Assembly (NCBI RefSeq): GCF_000143415.4
Contig: NW_003314425.1
Location: forward strand, 62,001-126,000
Source of the DNA: Selaginella moellendorffii
Taxonomy: Eukaryota > Plantae > Lycopodiophyta
Direction: 5' to 3'
Length of the DNA: 64,000 nt
Of the stretch, positions 34,313 through 45,612 are shown piece by piece (the stretch's first letter is position 1; every line of letters begins with the position of its first letter). The notes beneath the pieces were generated by a model. The model ran no database searches, was not told the DNA's origin, and saw nothing but the letters and a program-made list of their open reading frames with translations. The translations under genes and the position numbers were made by a program.

Positions 34313-35629
34313 ATGGGGGCAGCGGCGGTGGCGACGACGACGACGGCGGCGGCGGCGCAGCTAGGCGGTGGGATTGGCATCGGGAAGCCGCTAGTGGTAG
34401 GATCTAGCAGCAGCAGCAGCTTCGCGGGCAGGCGAGGGTTTCTCGGCAGCAATCGCAAGGCCGCGGGAGGATTTCCAGGCGGCGGCAAGAATGCGGCGCG
34501 TGTCCACTGCGTGGTAGCCTTTGCGGACCCGCGCTCGCGGAATCTGGACATCAAGGAGGAGATTGAGCGGCGGTGGGAGGCGCTCCAGGAGAATCCTCTC
34601 GAGGGCGTGCCGTTCACGGTGGAGGAGTTCGAGGAGGCGCTGTCCAAGTACGAATTCGACCACACCGTGGGCGATGTGGTGAAGGGGACGGTGTTCGTCA
34701 CCGACAAGCTGGGCGCGCTGGTGGACATTGGCGGCAAATCCATGGCCTTCCTGCCCATGGATTTGGCGTCGGTGTTCAAGCTCAAGGATCTGCGCGTCAT
34801 GGGTCTCTTCTCCGGCGTCCAGGAGCAATTCGAGGTGGTCCGCGAGGACGAGGAGAACAGCCGCTTCATCGTCAGCCTCCGCGAGATGCACATCAAGCTC
34901 TCGTGGGAGAGGCTCAAGCAAATCCAGGCCGAGGACGCGATTTGCAAGGGCGTGGTGGTGAGCAGCAACCGGGGTGGCCTCTCGCTCCAGATTGAGTGCC
35001 TCAAGGCATTCCTTCCATTCTCGCAGCTCGCCGGAGGCCTCAACCAGGAGAATCTCACAGGAAGGGAGCTCCCAGTGAAAGTTCTCGAGGTGGACGAAGA
35101 ACAAAAGAGGCTGGTGGTGAGCCACAGGAAAGCTCTAGCAGAGAATCAAGCCACGCTGGGCATCGGCTCGGTGGTGGTGGGAACCGTCCAGACGATCAAA
35201 CCATACGGCGCGTTCATCGATCTGGGAGGACTCACTGGGCTCTTGCACGTAAGCCAGATCAGCCACGACCGGATCACCACCGTGGAAAACGTCCTCTCGC
35301 CGGGTGACAAGCTCAAAGTCATGGTTTTGAGCCATGACAAGGATCGGGGGCGCATAAGCTTGTCCACCAAGAAGCTGGAGCCGACCCCTGGAGATATGTT
35401 GCGGAATCCATCGCTGGTGTACGAGAAGGCGGACGAGATGGCGATGACGTTCCGGCAAAGGGTCGCGCAGGCCGAGGCTGCTGCTCGAGCCGAGGACTTG
35501 CAGTTCCAACAAGGAGCCGGGAGATTTGGCTTGAGCGCCGATATACTCGGAGTGGAGGAAGATCTCCCGGCGGCGGCGGAGCCAGCGGCGGAGGAGGCAG
35601 CAGCGGACATTTTGTCGACACCTCTATGA
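34313..35629 (+). CDS. RPS1: Plastid 30S ribosomal protein S1 (nuclear-encoded, intronless)
   Basis: Ala/Ser/Gly-rich transit peptide; three S1 domains (VGDVVKGTV, KPYGAFIDLGGLTGLLHVSQISHDRI); LSTKKLEPTPGDMLRNP; telo-box TTTAGGGTTT at ~34252. Confidence 0.93.
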   Translation: MGAAAVATTTTAAAAQLGGGIGIGKPLVVGSSSSSSFAGRRGFLGSNRKAAGGFPGGGKNAARVHCVVAFADPRSRNLDIKEEIERRWEALQENPLEGVPFTVEEFEEALSKYEFDHTVGDVVKGTVFVTDKLGALVDIGGKSMAFLPMDLASVFKLKDLRVMGLFSGVQEQFEVVREDEENSRFIVSLREMHIKLSWERLKQIQAEDAICKGVVVSSNRGGLSLQIECLKAFLPFSQLAGGLNQENLTGRELPVKVLEVDEEQKRLVVSHRKALAENQATLGIGSVVVGTVQTIKPYGAFIDLGGLTGLLHVSQISHDRITTVENVLSPGDKLKVMVLSHDKDRGRISLSTKKLEPTPGDMLRNPSLVYEKADEMAMTFRQRVAQAEAAARAEDLQFQQGAGRFGLSADILGVEEDLPAAAEPAAEEAAADILSTPL

Positions 35630-35738
35630 AAGTAAGCTCTGTTCTTCCTTGCTCTCCTCTTCTTCACTCTGTGTTAATGCCACCACCTCACTTGTCCAAA
35701 ACTTCAGTGTATTTTGAGCCGAGTCGAGTACAGTACCT

Positions 35739-37540
35739 CTACAATGATGCTAGCTCTAGCTTGTGAACTAGAACGCCGTTCTTGGCCTGAGAGTTTCGAG
35801 CCCATCTTCCCAGGCGAGGTTCCTGTACAGTCCTTTGTGTTTGAGTAAATCAATGGATGAATAGAGACTTACTTGGCCAACTCCTGCTAGTAGGAAGCGC
35901 CCGCTACGAGCGAACGCTAGCGCATTAACAAATCCTTTCTGGGAAGGTTGAAAGAGGGTTGATCGATCGTCGTGAGAGGGAAAAAGGATTAAGAAACTTA
36001 CGGCTGGTAGAGTATGAAGAGGCTTGAGACTTTTATTCCCATCTTCTACAGACCAAAGTTGGATTTTGCCGTCTCCAGCTCCACTTGCTACTAGATCGCT
36101 ACCTCGGCAAGTAGCCACTGCCCCGACCCATGCCTCAATTGCTCCACACGACGCTGGTAGCGATGTTTCACCTGGAACAGTCGAAAGTTAGAACTTTCAC
36201 AGTGAAAAGCGAGATCCAAGGAGTCTCACCGTTCCTGTGTTCTTCCACCTTTGGCCCATGCGCACTTTTGGCTATATACACGGGCTTCTTCCTCACTGCA
36301 CTCCAGAGCGCGACGGAGCCATCGTCAGCACCAGACAAAAACTCTCCGTTTGTTATACAGCAGCACGACTCGATCGATGCCGTATAGCCTCTAAAGACGA
36401 GCTGCGTTTCTTCAGGAACCTGTGCCACGAAATGAACTGTAAGAAAAATTAAGTACGAAAACTCAAAGCAGCCAGCGACATACCTTCCAAAGCCTGAGAG
36501 TCCGGTCCCGTCCAGCCGAAAGAACACGCTCTTGCCTTAAGCAGTCGACGGACACAAGCTCGGATTGGTGACCAAAAAGAGTGTCCATGTACGATCTGTC
36601 CTCGGCACTCCAGAGCTTTAAAGTTCGATCAGAGGAGCCGGAGAAGAGTTGTGTCGTTCCTTGTCTAAATGCTAAGGAAGTGATAGCACCCCTGTGTCCT
36701 GGAAACGCCTATAGTACCAATCAGGATTTTAAAATCAAAGCGTCAAAAGAATCACCCACTTGTATGTGTGCTTGAGTTCTCACGTCCCACAAGTGCACTG
36801 ATCTATCGGGTCCTCCGCTGGCGAGATATCTTCCGCTGGAATCTACCGCGAGCGCAAGGATTCGGCTGCTGCTGGGCTTCTTGCCAGCTTCCGCTGATTT
36901 CTCAGGTTTTGGTCGCTCGTAGCGAAAACACTTGCCAGTCTCGACGTCCCATTGCAGCAGAAGTCCATCTTTGGAGCCAGAAAATCCCCACTTTTCGTCT
37001 TCGGTGAGAGCTAGAGCCGTGACTGAGAGCCTGTGCTTCCGGATCAACAAGTTTCCTTCGCTTGGAACCTCTGGCAGCAACAATCTAAGACCACAGTTAT
37101 AAGTCGTTCCTGGGACGAGAGAAGAAAGCTTGTTCTCTTTACCTGGAAGCGATCTTCCTCTGGATTTTCCCACTCTCCTCTAGCTGCTCCTGGCGCAGCA
37201 AATCCGCAACAACCGAGTCCCTCCTCCCCTGTCTTTCATCCTCCCCAACCTCCTCATCGCCTTGATCCTCCTCTTCCTCGGCCGCCTTGGCCTTGAGCTT
37301 CTCAAGATAGGCCTTGGCAAGGCGTACCTTCTTCTCGTGCACAGTCTCCTCCAGATCCTCGCCATCGTCGGCGGCTACCTCCTCCTCCCGCGCGGCATTC
37401 TCTTCCTCGCTGCTAGCGCCGTCGAAGAAATCATCCTCCGCGACCGATCGCTGCGGCTTCTTCTTCTTCCTGGCGCTGGTGCCATCGCCGCTGGCGGCCC
37501 GGCTCTTGCCGGGCTTTCTCTCCGCCCGCCGCTTGCCCAT
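35739..37540 (-). CDS. RRP9: U3 snoRNP-associated WD40 protein U3-55K/RRP9 (YAOZHE-like)
   Basis: ETVHEKKVRLAKAYL; WD40 exons; KVPEETQLVFRG; FLSGADDGSVALWSAVRKKP; AGVGQEPRLGRW. Confidence 0.9.
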
Positions 37541-37645
37541 GCCCTAAACCCTAAACCCACAATAAAGAAAATAGCATCTCGCGAATATACCCACAAAGAA
37601 TGTGGGTTCGATCCCTCTAGGTTAGAAAATTTCCCATCTCTCGTG

Positions 37646-38642
37646 ATGGAAGAAGGCGATGTGAGATGGGAGGAGCTGAGGCGCGAAGCTCGCAAGATCG
37701 AAGGCGACCTCGATGTCAAGCTCTCGTCCTACGCCAAGCTGGGAGGAATGCTGGCGCACGGAGGTAAGAATTTCCCTCTTGCGATCTAGGATCTCTTGCC
37801 AGACTCAGTGTAGCTTGGTAGGGTATGTGGATTCCCCCTCCACCACAGACGGGCATGGCGCCGGGGCCGGCGATGTGGCCTACAATTCCATGGAGATGGA
37901 AATCGAGTCGCTGCTGGAGAAGCTCCTGGATCTCAACGATGCAATGAGCCGCTGCGTCGCGTCGGCGACGTCGACTGCTTCGATCAGCCAGAAGCTCGCG
38001 CGGCATCGCGATATTCTCCACGAGCTCACCCAGGTTCTTTGGATTTTGTTCTTTGTCCTCGATCAGACTAGGAAAGCTTTCAGGAATTCCGAAGAACAAG
38101 AGGGAATATCAACTCCATGCGAGAGCATGCCGATCTCTTGTCATCGGTCCGGAGCGAGATCAGTGAATTCAAGGTTCGTTTCGATCAAAAGCTTGATAGA
38201 ACATTTTTGTGATAGAAAAAATCATTGCAGGCCTCTGGGAATGTTTCGCCGGGGCCAAGTCTACTCCGAGAGCGTGCTGCTATCCACGGAAGCATCTCCC
38301 AGGTAAGAACTTGCCGACTTTTACGTGACAACTCGTGACCATCTCCACAGATCGACGATGTCATCGGCCAAGCTCAAGCGACCAAGGCCGCTCTCTCGTT
38401 CCAGAGGTCGACGTTTCTCGAGATCCAGGGCAAGATGAAGCAGCTCAGTGATAGATTTCCTATCGTTCGAAGCCTTCTTGGTAAGCCCGAAACACAAGCT
38501 TTCGATCACTCCTTGACTCTCTCGATCACTCTCTTTCACCACAGGTGCTATCAAGAGAAAGCGTTCCAGAGATACGTTGATACTCTCGGCCGTGATCGCA
38601 TTTTGCCTTCTCTTTTTGCTGATTTACTGGATGGCCAAGTGA
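37646..38642 (+). CDS. GOS1: Golgi SNARE GOS1/GOSR1 (GOS12-like)
   Basis: WEELRREARKIEGDLDVKLSSYAKLG; QKLARHRDILHE; C-terminal IKRKRSRDTLILSAVIAFCLLFLLIYWMAK TM anchor. Divergent from RRP9 across 105 bp containing CCCTAAACCCTAAA. Confidence 0.92.
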
Positions 38643-38924
38643 CAGGAGTTTTTTTCCATGCTTTTGTCTATATAAGTTTCCAAGGCAAGCTCCTGGCGAA
38701 AGCATTGTTCCTCTAGAATTTGCGTGCTCAAAATTCCACGATTATAGGCAGACCTTTTCGCTCCGGAGAGAATAGAAATCAAACCAGCTCACTCGTTACT
38801 CCTCAATGTAGCAGCCTATTCCATGCACAAGGTCGAAATTTCGAGAAAGAACGAGGAAAGGAGAAAGATTTGTGCCTGCTGAGGATTAAGTAGCGAGAGG
38901 ATCTTCTTGAAGACTTTCTCCCAT

Positions 38925-39490
38925 GGTTGCAATTATAACACAATTGTAACATAATTTTTTTGTTGCAATTTGCAACGCAATATCATGATGATTGGGAGAA
39001 CACTAAGCAACACAATAATAATATTCCAATTTGTTGGCTTGAATAACATAACAATATTATGAAAACTTATTCATTAGTATTAATATTACTTTTGCATTCT
39101 AATTATTCTCTTCTTTCAAAAAAAGAAAAACAAAAGCTGGACTCAATGTCCATGAGGAATCTATGGATGGAAGAAGGATCTACACGAGGATCTCGTCCAA
39201 GATAAAAGAGCTGTCAAATCCACCCCACAACAATGCTGCCATGGCCATCCTGATAGCGCTGCTCGCAATCCGTGGCTTCACAGCACCTCCGGCCGCTTGT
39301 TAACTCAAATCACGCTTAAAAGCAATTAAAGTGTTTATAACATAATAAAAAAGAGTAAAGATTTTTTTTGTAAATTTATTTTTGTATTGCAAATTTTAAT
39401 TATGCAAATTGCAACACATAACATACATAAATAATAATAATACTTAAGTTTATTATGTTACAAAAATTTATGTTGCAAATTCCAACATAT
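38925..39490. mobile_element. Possible non-autonomous TIR-element relic carrying a coding-like fragment
   Basis: Nested inverted matches 38945-38955/39452-39462 and 38962-38974/39403-39415 in AT-rich DNA flank a GC-richer open frame at ~39137-39303. Confidence 0.35.
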
Positions 39491-39849
39491 TACATAGTTT
39501 TATTACACTATATAAAATATCAAATAATTGACCTTTACATGATAGCTTAGCTTCATTGGTTTGGTGGTTTATTATTAATATTATATCACACTAATAATAT
39601 TAATAAGCATTAAGATGTTTATGCACTTTTTGCTTTCTCTTTTTGCTGATTTACTGGAGTTCTGTTTCCTTGGCTGATGATGCGAAAACATTGTTCCGCC
39701 ACAATATCCTTACTACAGTAAGTTTGGAACTCACTCTGGAATCACAATCTCTTTCCAAAGATTGTAACCATTGATCCTATTTTAGCAGATAAAAATTTCA
39801 GCTATGTGCTCTTTGCGGATCACATTAGTGAGGGATCGAGCGTAGTTTT

Positions 39850-40070
39850 CCTTTTTCTTTTTCCTCTGTTTTATCTGACTTCTCCAGTGCTGAAAAGGTA
39901 TTCTGAGAAGCAGGAAAGAAGAAAAAGACTAGATCAAGTACTTCTCTCCAGGGATTTGTAAATACTCTATTGTGGTAAACTGCATTTTTTTTGCTTGTCT
40001 TTTTTCCTCTGACTTCTCCAGTGCTGAAAAGATGTTTTGAGAAGCAGAAAAGAAGTAAAAGACTAGATTT
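39850..40070. repeat. Tandem duplicate (~130-bp spacing) of a hairpin-like CTTCTC...GAGAAG unit
   Basis: ctgacttctccagtgctgaaaag...tgagaagcag(g/a)aaagaag(a/t)aaaagactagat occurs at ~39875-39933 and ~40009-40068. Confidence 0.75.
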
Positions 40071-40079
40071 GTAGATACC

Positions 40080-41360
40080 CTATCGAGTATCTACAAAAAC
40101 ACATGAACTTGTCTCTACTTTGAAAGGCCCACTCGAGCAGTGAACTCTCCACTGCTTGCTACTCAAACTATAGCTCACTAGATTCTCTACACTACCCTCT
40201 TCATCAGCCATCACCACCCACAACACATCCACTCCATCAAAACAATATCCCTTGCTCGACGTCCTCCTTGCCCCAACCGGGCATTTGGACTCCACCAACC
40301 ATTCACCACTCTCCCCTACAAATCTCCACACCACTATTGTATCTAAAGCTTGCAACTCAACGCTTCTCATCCCAACATCGATAACAAAGAGATGACCGCC
40401 ACAGTAGACCATCTTTCCACCGCCGGAGCCCGTGCAGCTATCGGGCCACCTTGACACAGTACATGCCGTTGACTGGTCAAGCAAAGAGTAGCGAACTATA
40501 CGGGAGAAGAACTGGGACGGGGTGGCCCTATCTATTTGGTCCTCGTAGTAGATGGTGTCACCGGCAATGGTGTGGTAGGCACGGTCATGGCAAGTAATCT
40601 CGGCTGCCTGGAACCGGGTGATGCACGGGGCTGGTTTACATGTGGACCAATGACCTGGCCGGCTCGAGTCGTAGAGAATCACGTAGCTTCTGTGGCCGTG
40701 GATGGAGATGACCTGGAAGGCATCGTATGGTCGCCTTGTGAGGAAATGCACGGGAGCTACTGCCAAGTTGGAGTGCCACATTGGCGGTAAAACCACGTCA
40801 GCCCAGACACCTCCCAGCGGGCTGCCCACCAACAGCCTGCCCGGGCACTCGGACTTGGCAAGCGCCACGTCACCAGCTGCCCCAAGCAGGCGCATGGCTC
40901 CCACTGGCAGGGAGCAAGCGTCGGGCAGCGCTGCCCAGACACCGTGGCACGTGTCAAAGGCGATGAGCTGGCGGGAGTTCCAGGCGTTGAGCACCACCAG
41001 CGTGGCCTGGGGACGAGTGGAGAGCTTGGAATTCCAGGCGCGAGACACTGCCCGGGCTGTCATGCGCGAGGCGAGAGGGATGCGTTCTAAAACTAGCCTT
41101 TCGAGGTCCCTATCTAGAAGCCCTAGCTCTCGATTCTCCTCCTGATCGTATGGAATCGCTACGCGAGATCGCTGCTGCTCCTGCGGAGAACTACAACTGT
41201 CCTGCCCACACCTTTGGACCCTCTTTGGCGGTGCGTCCGGCGGGAGAAAAGATTTTCTACCCGGGGCATTGATCGCTGGCGGCTCCGAAGCTTTGGGAGT
41301 CTTTCTCTTTGGTGGATGCTTCCAGACGAGTTTAGTCCTACTTAGTGGCTTACGCGCCAT
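40080..41360 (-). CDS. F-box protein with beta-rich (kelch-like) C-terminus, intronless
   Basis: F-box LDRDLERLVLERIPLASRMTARAVSRAWNS; intact 426-aa ORF. Confidence 0.8.
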   Translation of the reverse strand: MARKPLSRTKLVWKHPPKRKTPKASEPPAINAPGRKSFLPPDAPPKRVQRCGQDSCSSPQEQQRSRVAIPYDQEENRELGLLDRDLERLVLERIPLASRMTARAVSRAWNSKLSTRPQATLVVLNAWNSRQLIAFDTCHGVWAALPDACSLPVGAMRLLGAAGDVALAKSECPGRLLVGSPLGGVWADVVLPPMWHSNLAVAPVHFLTRRPYDAFQVISIHGHRSYVILYDSSRPGHWSTCKPAPCITRFQAAEITCHDRAYHTIAGDTIYYEDQIDRATPSQFFSRIVRYSLLDQSTACTVSRWPDSCTGSGGGKMVYCGGHLFVIDVGMRSVELQALDTIVVWRFVGESGEWLVESKCPVGARRTSSKGYCFDGVDVLWVVMADEEGSVENLVSYSLSSKQWRVHCSSGPFKVETSSCVFVDTR

Positions 41361-41654
41361 CGTCTAGCCCTAATAGCCTCGTATCTTATATACTCGCATA
41401 CTTATGGATTTCTTCAGATTAATAAATTCTTAATTATCATATGTACAACTATTAGTTTCGCAAGTTTATAAATTACTTTGCGCCTCTTCCCTCATACAAA
41501 GAACTACCTTGTAAGCTTGCCAAGCCCGAATTCAACAATGCAGCTCCCTGAAAACAGGTCAACTTCGATATAATCAATCATTGTCGAACTTTGCTAGGAA
41601 TTGTCTATAGAGCCAATCAACAGCAACTATCTCATAATAGTATGGATAAGCTAA

Positions 41655-41970
41655 TTTTGAGCTCGACCTCCAGGTATACACCAGAAACTTAGAACACTTC
41701 TAAGTTTTCTCTTGACGCAAACTCAAGGAGAAAAGATTCCCGTTTGGGAGAAGCCCTGAAGTTTTGAAGAAAACCCTGCAATTACACCTAGTGAGAGCCA
41801 GCCGGATAATGCAGAAAAATCATAGAGCTCCAGCTAGACAACATGGCCGGCTCAAGCACGCACTCGCCTCCAGATCCACCACTGCTCTCTCTCGGCATTG
41901 GCACGTCTTTGAGCGAAACATGAAGCTTGGGCCCTGAAGGTAGCCTCTGGCAAAGTTCGAGAGAGTTAAA
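41655..41970. pseudogene. Fragments of the DENND6 3' end (partly inverted)
   Basis: 41659-41712 is the reverse complement of ~46875-46928; 41824-41960 matches ~46967-47128. Confidence 0.75.
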
Positions 41971-42074
41971 CTAGAAACAAAGAATACTATATGCCAGACC
42001 AAAACGAAAAGGAGCATTGCTAGATAATGATGAAGGACCGTTTGTTTCTCCAAATACCATTTAGTCTTTAATTG

Positions 42075-43285
42075 TTAGCGAGTATCTATAAAAACACATG
42101 AACTTGTCTCTACTTTGAAAGGCCCACTCGAGCAGTGGACTCTCCACTGCTTGCTACTCAAACTATAGCTCACTAGATTCTCTACACTGCCCTCTTCATC
42201 AACTATCACCACCCACAACACATCCACTCCATCAAAACAATACCCGTTGCTCGTCCTCCTCGCCCCAACCGGGCATTTGAACTCCACAACCCATCCACCA
42301 CTCTCCCCCAGAAATCTCCACACCACTATTGTATGTAAAGGTGACGGCTCAATGATTCTCCCAAACCAATCCGTCCTAACATCGATAACAAAGAGATGAC
42401 CGCCACAGTAGACCATTTTTCCATCGCCAGAGTCGGCCATGCAATCAAGGGGCCACCTTAACACAGTATATTGCGTTGACTGGTCAAGCAAGGAGTAGCA
42501 AACTATATGGGACGTGTCCTCGTAGTAGATCCTGTCACCAGTAATAGTGTGTTAGCCAGGGGGATGCCAATCAGGGATTGGATTACACGTGGACCAATGA
42601 CCCGGCTTGCTGGAGTCGTAGACAATCACATTGCCTTGGTGGCCGTAGATGGAAATGACCTTGAAGGTATCGTGCGGTCGCCTTGCGAGGAAGTGCATGG
42701 GAGCTCCTGGCAGGTCGGAATGCCACATTGGCGGTAAAACCACGTCAGCCCAGACACCTCCCAGCGGGCTGCCCACCAACAGCCTGCCCGGGCACTCGGA
42801 CTTGGCGAGCGCCACGTCACCAGCTGCCCCAAGCAGGCGCGAGGCTCCCACTGGCAGGGAGCGAGCGTCGGGCAGCGCTGCCCAGACACCGTGGCGCGTG
42901 TCAAAGGCGATGAGCTGGCGGGAGTTCCGGGCGTTGAGCACCACCAGCGTGGCCTGGGGACGAGTGGAGAGCTTGGAATTCCAGGCGCGAGACACTGCCC
43001 GGGCTGTCATGCGCGAGGCGAGAGGGATGCGTTCCAAAACTAGCGTTTCGAGGTCCCTATCTAGAAGCCCTAGCTCTCGATTCTCCTCCTGATCGTATGG
43101 AATCGCTCGCTGCTGCTCCTGCGGAGAACTACAACTGTCCTGCCCACATCTTTGGACCCTCTTTCGCGGTGCGTCCGGCGGGAGAAAAGATTCTCTACCC
43201 GTGGCATTGATCGCTGGTGCCTCCGAAGCTTTGGGAGTCTTTCTCTTTGGTGGATGCTTCCAGACGAGTTTGAGGGGCTCGCCAT
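42075..43285 (-). pseudogene. F-box paralog, frameshifted
   Basis: Near-identical to 40080-41360 but broken into three ORFs (43070-43285, 42552-43037, 42075-42491) by indels. Confidence 0.82.
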
Positions 43286-43699
43286 CGTCTAGCCCTAATA
43301 GCCCTACTGACCTTTCTGGATTTTTTAATTCTTAATTATCATATTAAGGAATTCAAAAAAAATTAAATCTTACAAGCTCAGGTTGATAAGATATGATGTT
43401 CTGTATTAGTTTTGCAAGCTCATAAGCTATTTTGCGCGAACTAAGTTCGACAATGATTGATTGTATCGAAGTTGACCGCATAAGACAATAAAAAGGCTTG
43501 CCAAGCCAAGCCGGAATTCACCCTGAAACATAGTAATTGTCTATAGAGCCAATCAACAGCAACTAGTTTGGATAAGCTAATTTTATTTTTACCCTGCATT
43601 ATCCGGCAGACTCTTTGAGCAGTGAGGTGTAATTGCAGGGTTTTCTTCAGAACACTACTCCGTTCAGAGCTTATCCAAGACAATCTTTCCTCCTTGCGT

Positions 43700-43890
43700 T
43701 TGGATTGTGAGAAAACTTAGAAGTGCTTTAACTTTCTGGTGTATACCTGGAGGTCGAGCTCATAGAGCTCCAGCTAGACAACATAGCACACACTCAGCCG
43801 CTGCTCTCTCTCGGCATTGGCACGTCTTTGAGCGAAACCGTGGCATGAAGTTTGGGCCCTGAAGGTAGCCTCTGGCAAAGTTCGAGAGCT
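43700..43890 (-). pseudogene. Second fragment of the DENND6 3' end
   Basis: ttctggtgtatacctggaggtcgagctc...ctgctctctctcggcatt...ggcatgaagtttgggcc matches ~46900-47100. Confidence 0.75.
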
Positions 43891-44019
43891 TTAAAACTAG
43901 AAACAAAAAGCAATTATTAAACGACGAAAAGGTACATTACTAGATAACGAAGTAGGACCATTTGTTTTTCCAAATCGTATCAATACTATTTCTCTCTAAA
44001 AGCTCGGAGTCTTTAGTTT

Positions 44020-44190
44020 TTATCCAGTGTCTACAAAAACACATGAACGCATCTCTACTTTGAAAGGCCCACTAGAGCAGTGGACTCTCCACTGCTTGCT
44101 ACTCAAACTATAGCTCACTAGATTGTCCTCTTCATCAACCATCACCACCCACAACACATCCACTCCATCAAAACAATACCCTCCTCGCCC
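44020..44190 (-). pseudogene. 3' remnant of a third F-box copy
   Basis: ctacaaaaacacatgaac...aaaggcccact..gcagtggactctccactgcttgctactcaaactatagctcactagat matches the F-box 3' ends; similarity stops abruptly at ~44190. Confidence 0.8.
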
Positions 44191-44412
44191 AGTTGGGTGG
44201 AGTTGTTAGTTCACTAAGTTGGATCTGACAAAAAATGTTACATTATCTAGAAGGAATAGATTTAATATATCACAAAATATAGAAAAACATAGTAAATCAA
44301 CAAACATCATAACTCCAAATGATACAACACAAAAATTTTAGAGCTCCAACTCCTGTTTGAGTGCACCTCATGACACACTACCTGAATTGAGACCTTTAGA
44401 GAATTGACACCT

Positions 44413-45612
44413 TCATGGCAATGCTTCTTCTTGCTCTTCCTCTTCCAAGTACACCCGCATGGCGACGAGCTGCGGAGGGGACACGGCCATGACAAAGTCC
44501 TTGCTCTTGTCGTTGCCCCTGTGAAGGTCATCGTAGAAAACGTCGGCCGGTGCATACCTGACATGGATCACGTTGGCCTTGAGCATTGCTCGAAGCTGTG
44601 CTCGGGCCTCATTCACGTTACCACCGAATGCCTTGCGATAGACAGTCCTAATACCAACCGCCCCGTTGGTCTGCAGGATGAGGCGCGCCACAGACTTAAA
44701 CTTCGCCCCATCCCAGCCGAGTTCTCCCTTGATAGCCTGCGCCCCGGTCTCCACGCTAGTCTTTGCCGCGTCTACCATGCCGTCTAGAACCGCTTCCATC
44801 TGCTTCCCGCGCTTGAAGACGCCCGTGACGAGGTTCGCTAGATCAAGCGGGCTGCCACCGCAAACTGCATATATCCTCTCCCACTCCTCATCAGTGACAT
44901 CTGGTTGCTGGACCTCGCGCTCCCTGAGTAGCCTGCAGTAGAGCTGCCTCGCATGCTCCTTGCTGAAGTGGCCAACGCCCAGCGGAGTCCACTGTGACGA
45001 ATGGACGTGCCCCTGAAACCACTGCCGGAAGAGGTCGTCCGAAGTGGACATGATGACCACGGCTCGATGGTCTTGCTTGGTCATGGCGACAAAACCCTGC
45101 AGCAGAATGTCCAGATCTTTATCGTCCCATCTCTTGAGCTTGTCCACGTCGTCAATGATGAACACGGGCCTGATATTGGAGTCGGCATACGCCAAACCTG
45201 TGAAGGCGGCCATGACCGAGGCCAGATCCGACTGTGGCTCCTTCTTGAGGACACTGGCGAGGCTCATTGCATCCGAACTGACACCCTTGAACGTGATCTT
45301 CAGGCTCGTAGCCGCGGCTGTCCCCAGCTTCCAAAACCACGAAAGCCAGGTGCGCAGCTGATTGGCAATCTTAGCTGCGGCCAGCGCGGGAGTGTGCACG
45401 TCTGCAAGCCTCATGTCGAGATAGAACACGGGCATCGTGGCCTTGAGGCGTTGGTCAGCCTCCCACAGACTGTGGAGGCGATGCAGGAGGGCACTCTTGC
45501 CTGAGTTGGCGGGGCCGATGAGTACTATCATGTTGGGCATGGCACCCACCTCCAAAAGCGTCAGCAGCTCCTGCATCTCCCTCTCCCTGTCGAAGAACAA
45601 CTCGTCATCCAT
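44413..45612 (-). CDS. Intronless P-loop ATPase of the archaeal-ATPase/AAA_16 (STAND-like) type
   Basis: N-terminal FFDREREMQEL; Walker A IVLIGPANSGKS; Walker B VFIIDD; sensor VVIMSTSD; CGGSP (GxP) motif; probable C-terminal winged helix. Confidence 0.8.
   Translation of the reverse strand: MDDELFFDREREMQELLTLLEVGAMPNMIVLIGPANSGKSALLHRLHSLWEADQRLKATMPVFYLDMRLADVHTPALAAAKIANQLRTWLSWFWKLGTAAATSLKITFKGVSSDAMSLASVLKKEPQSDLASVMAAFTGLAYADSNIRPVFIIDDVDKLKRWDDKDLDILLQGFVAMTKQDHRAVVIMSTSDDLFRQWFQGHVHSSQWTPLGVGHFSKEHARQLYCRLLREREVQQPDVTDEEWERIYAVCGGSPLDLANLVTGVFKRGKQMEAVLDGMVDAAKTSVETGAQAIKGELGWDGAKFKSVARLILQTNGAVGIRTVYRKAFGGNVNEARAQLRAMLKANVIHVRYAPADVFYDDLHRGNDKSKDFVMAVSPPQLVAMRVYLEEEEQEEALP

Noticed and set aside
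34313-35629. RPS1 as a plastid DNA insertion or bacterial contaminant
   Set aside because: It has an N-terminal transit peptide, a telo-box promoter and host-like codon usage.
37541-37558. CCCTAAACCCTAAA as a telomere or interstitial telomeric array
   Set aside because: Only about two units, located at promoters like the other copies (25258, 34252, 63171); these are ordinary telo-boxes.
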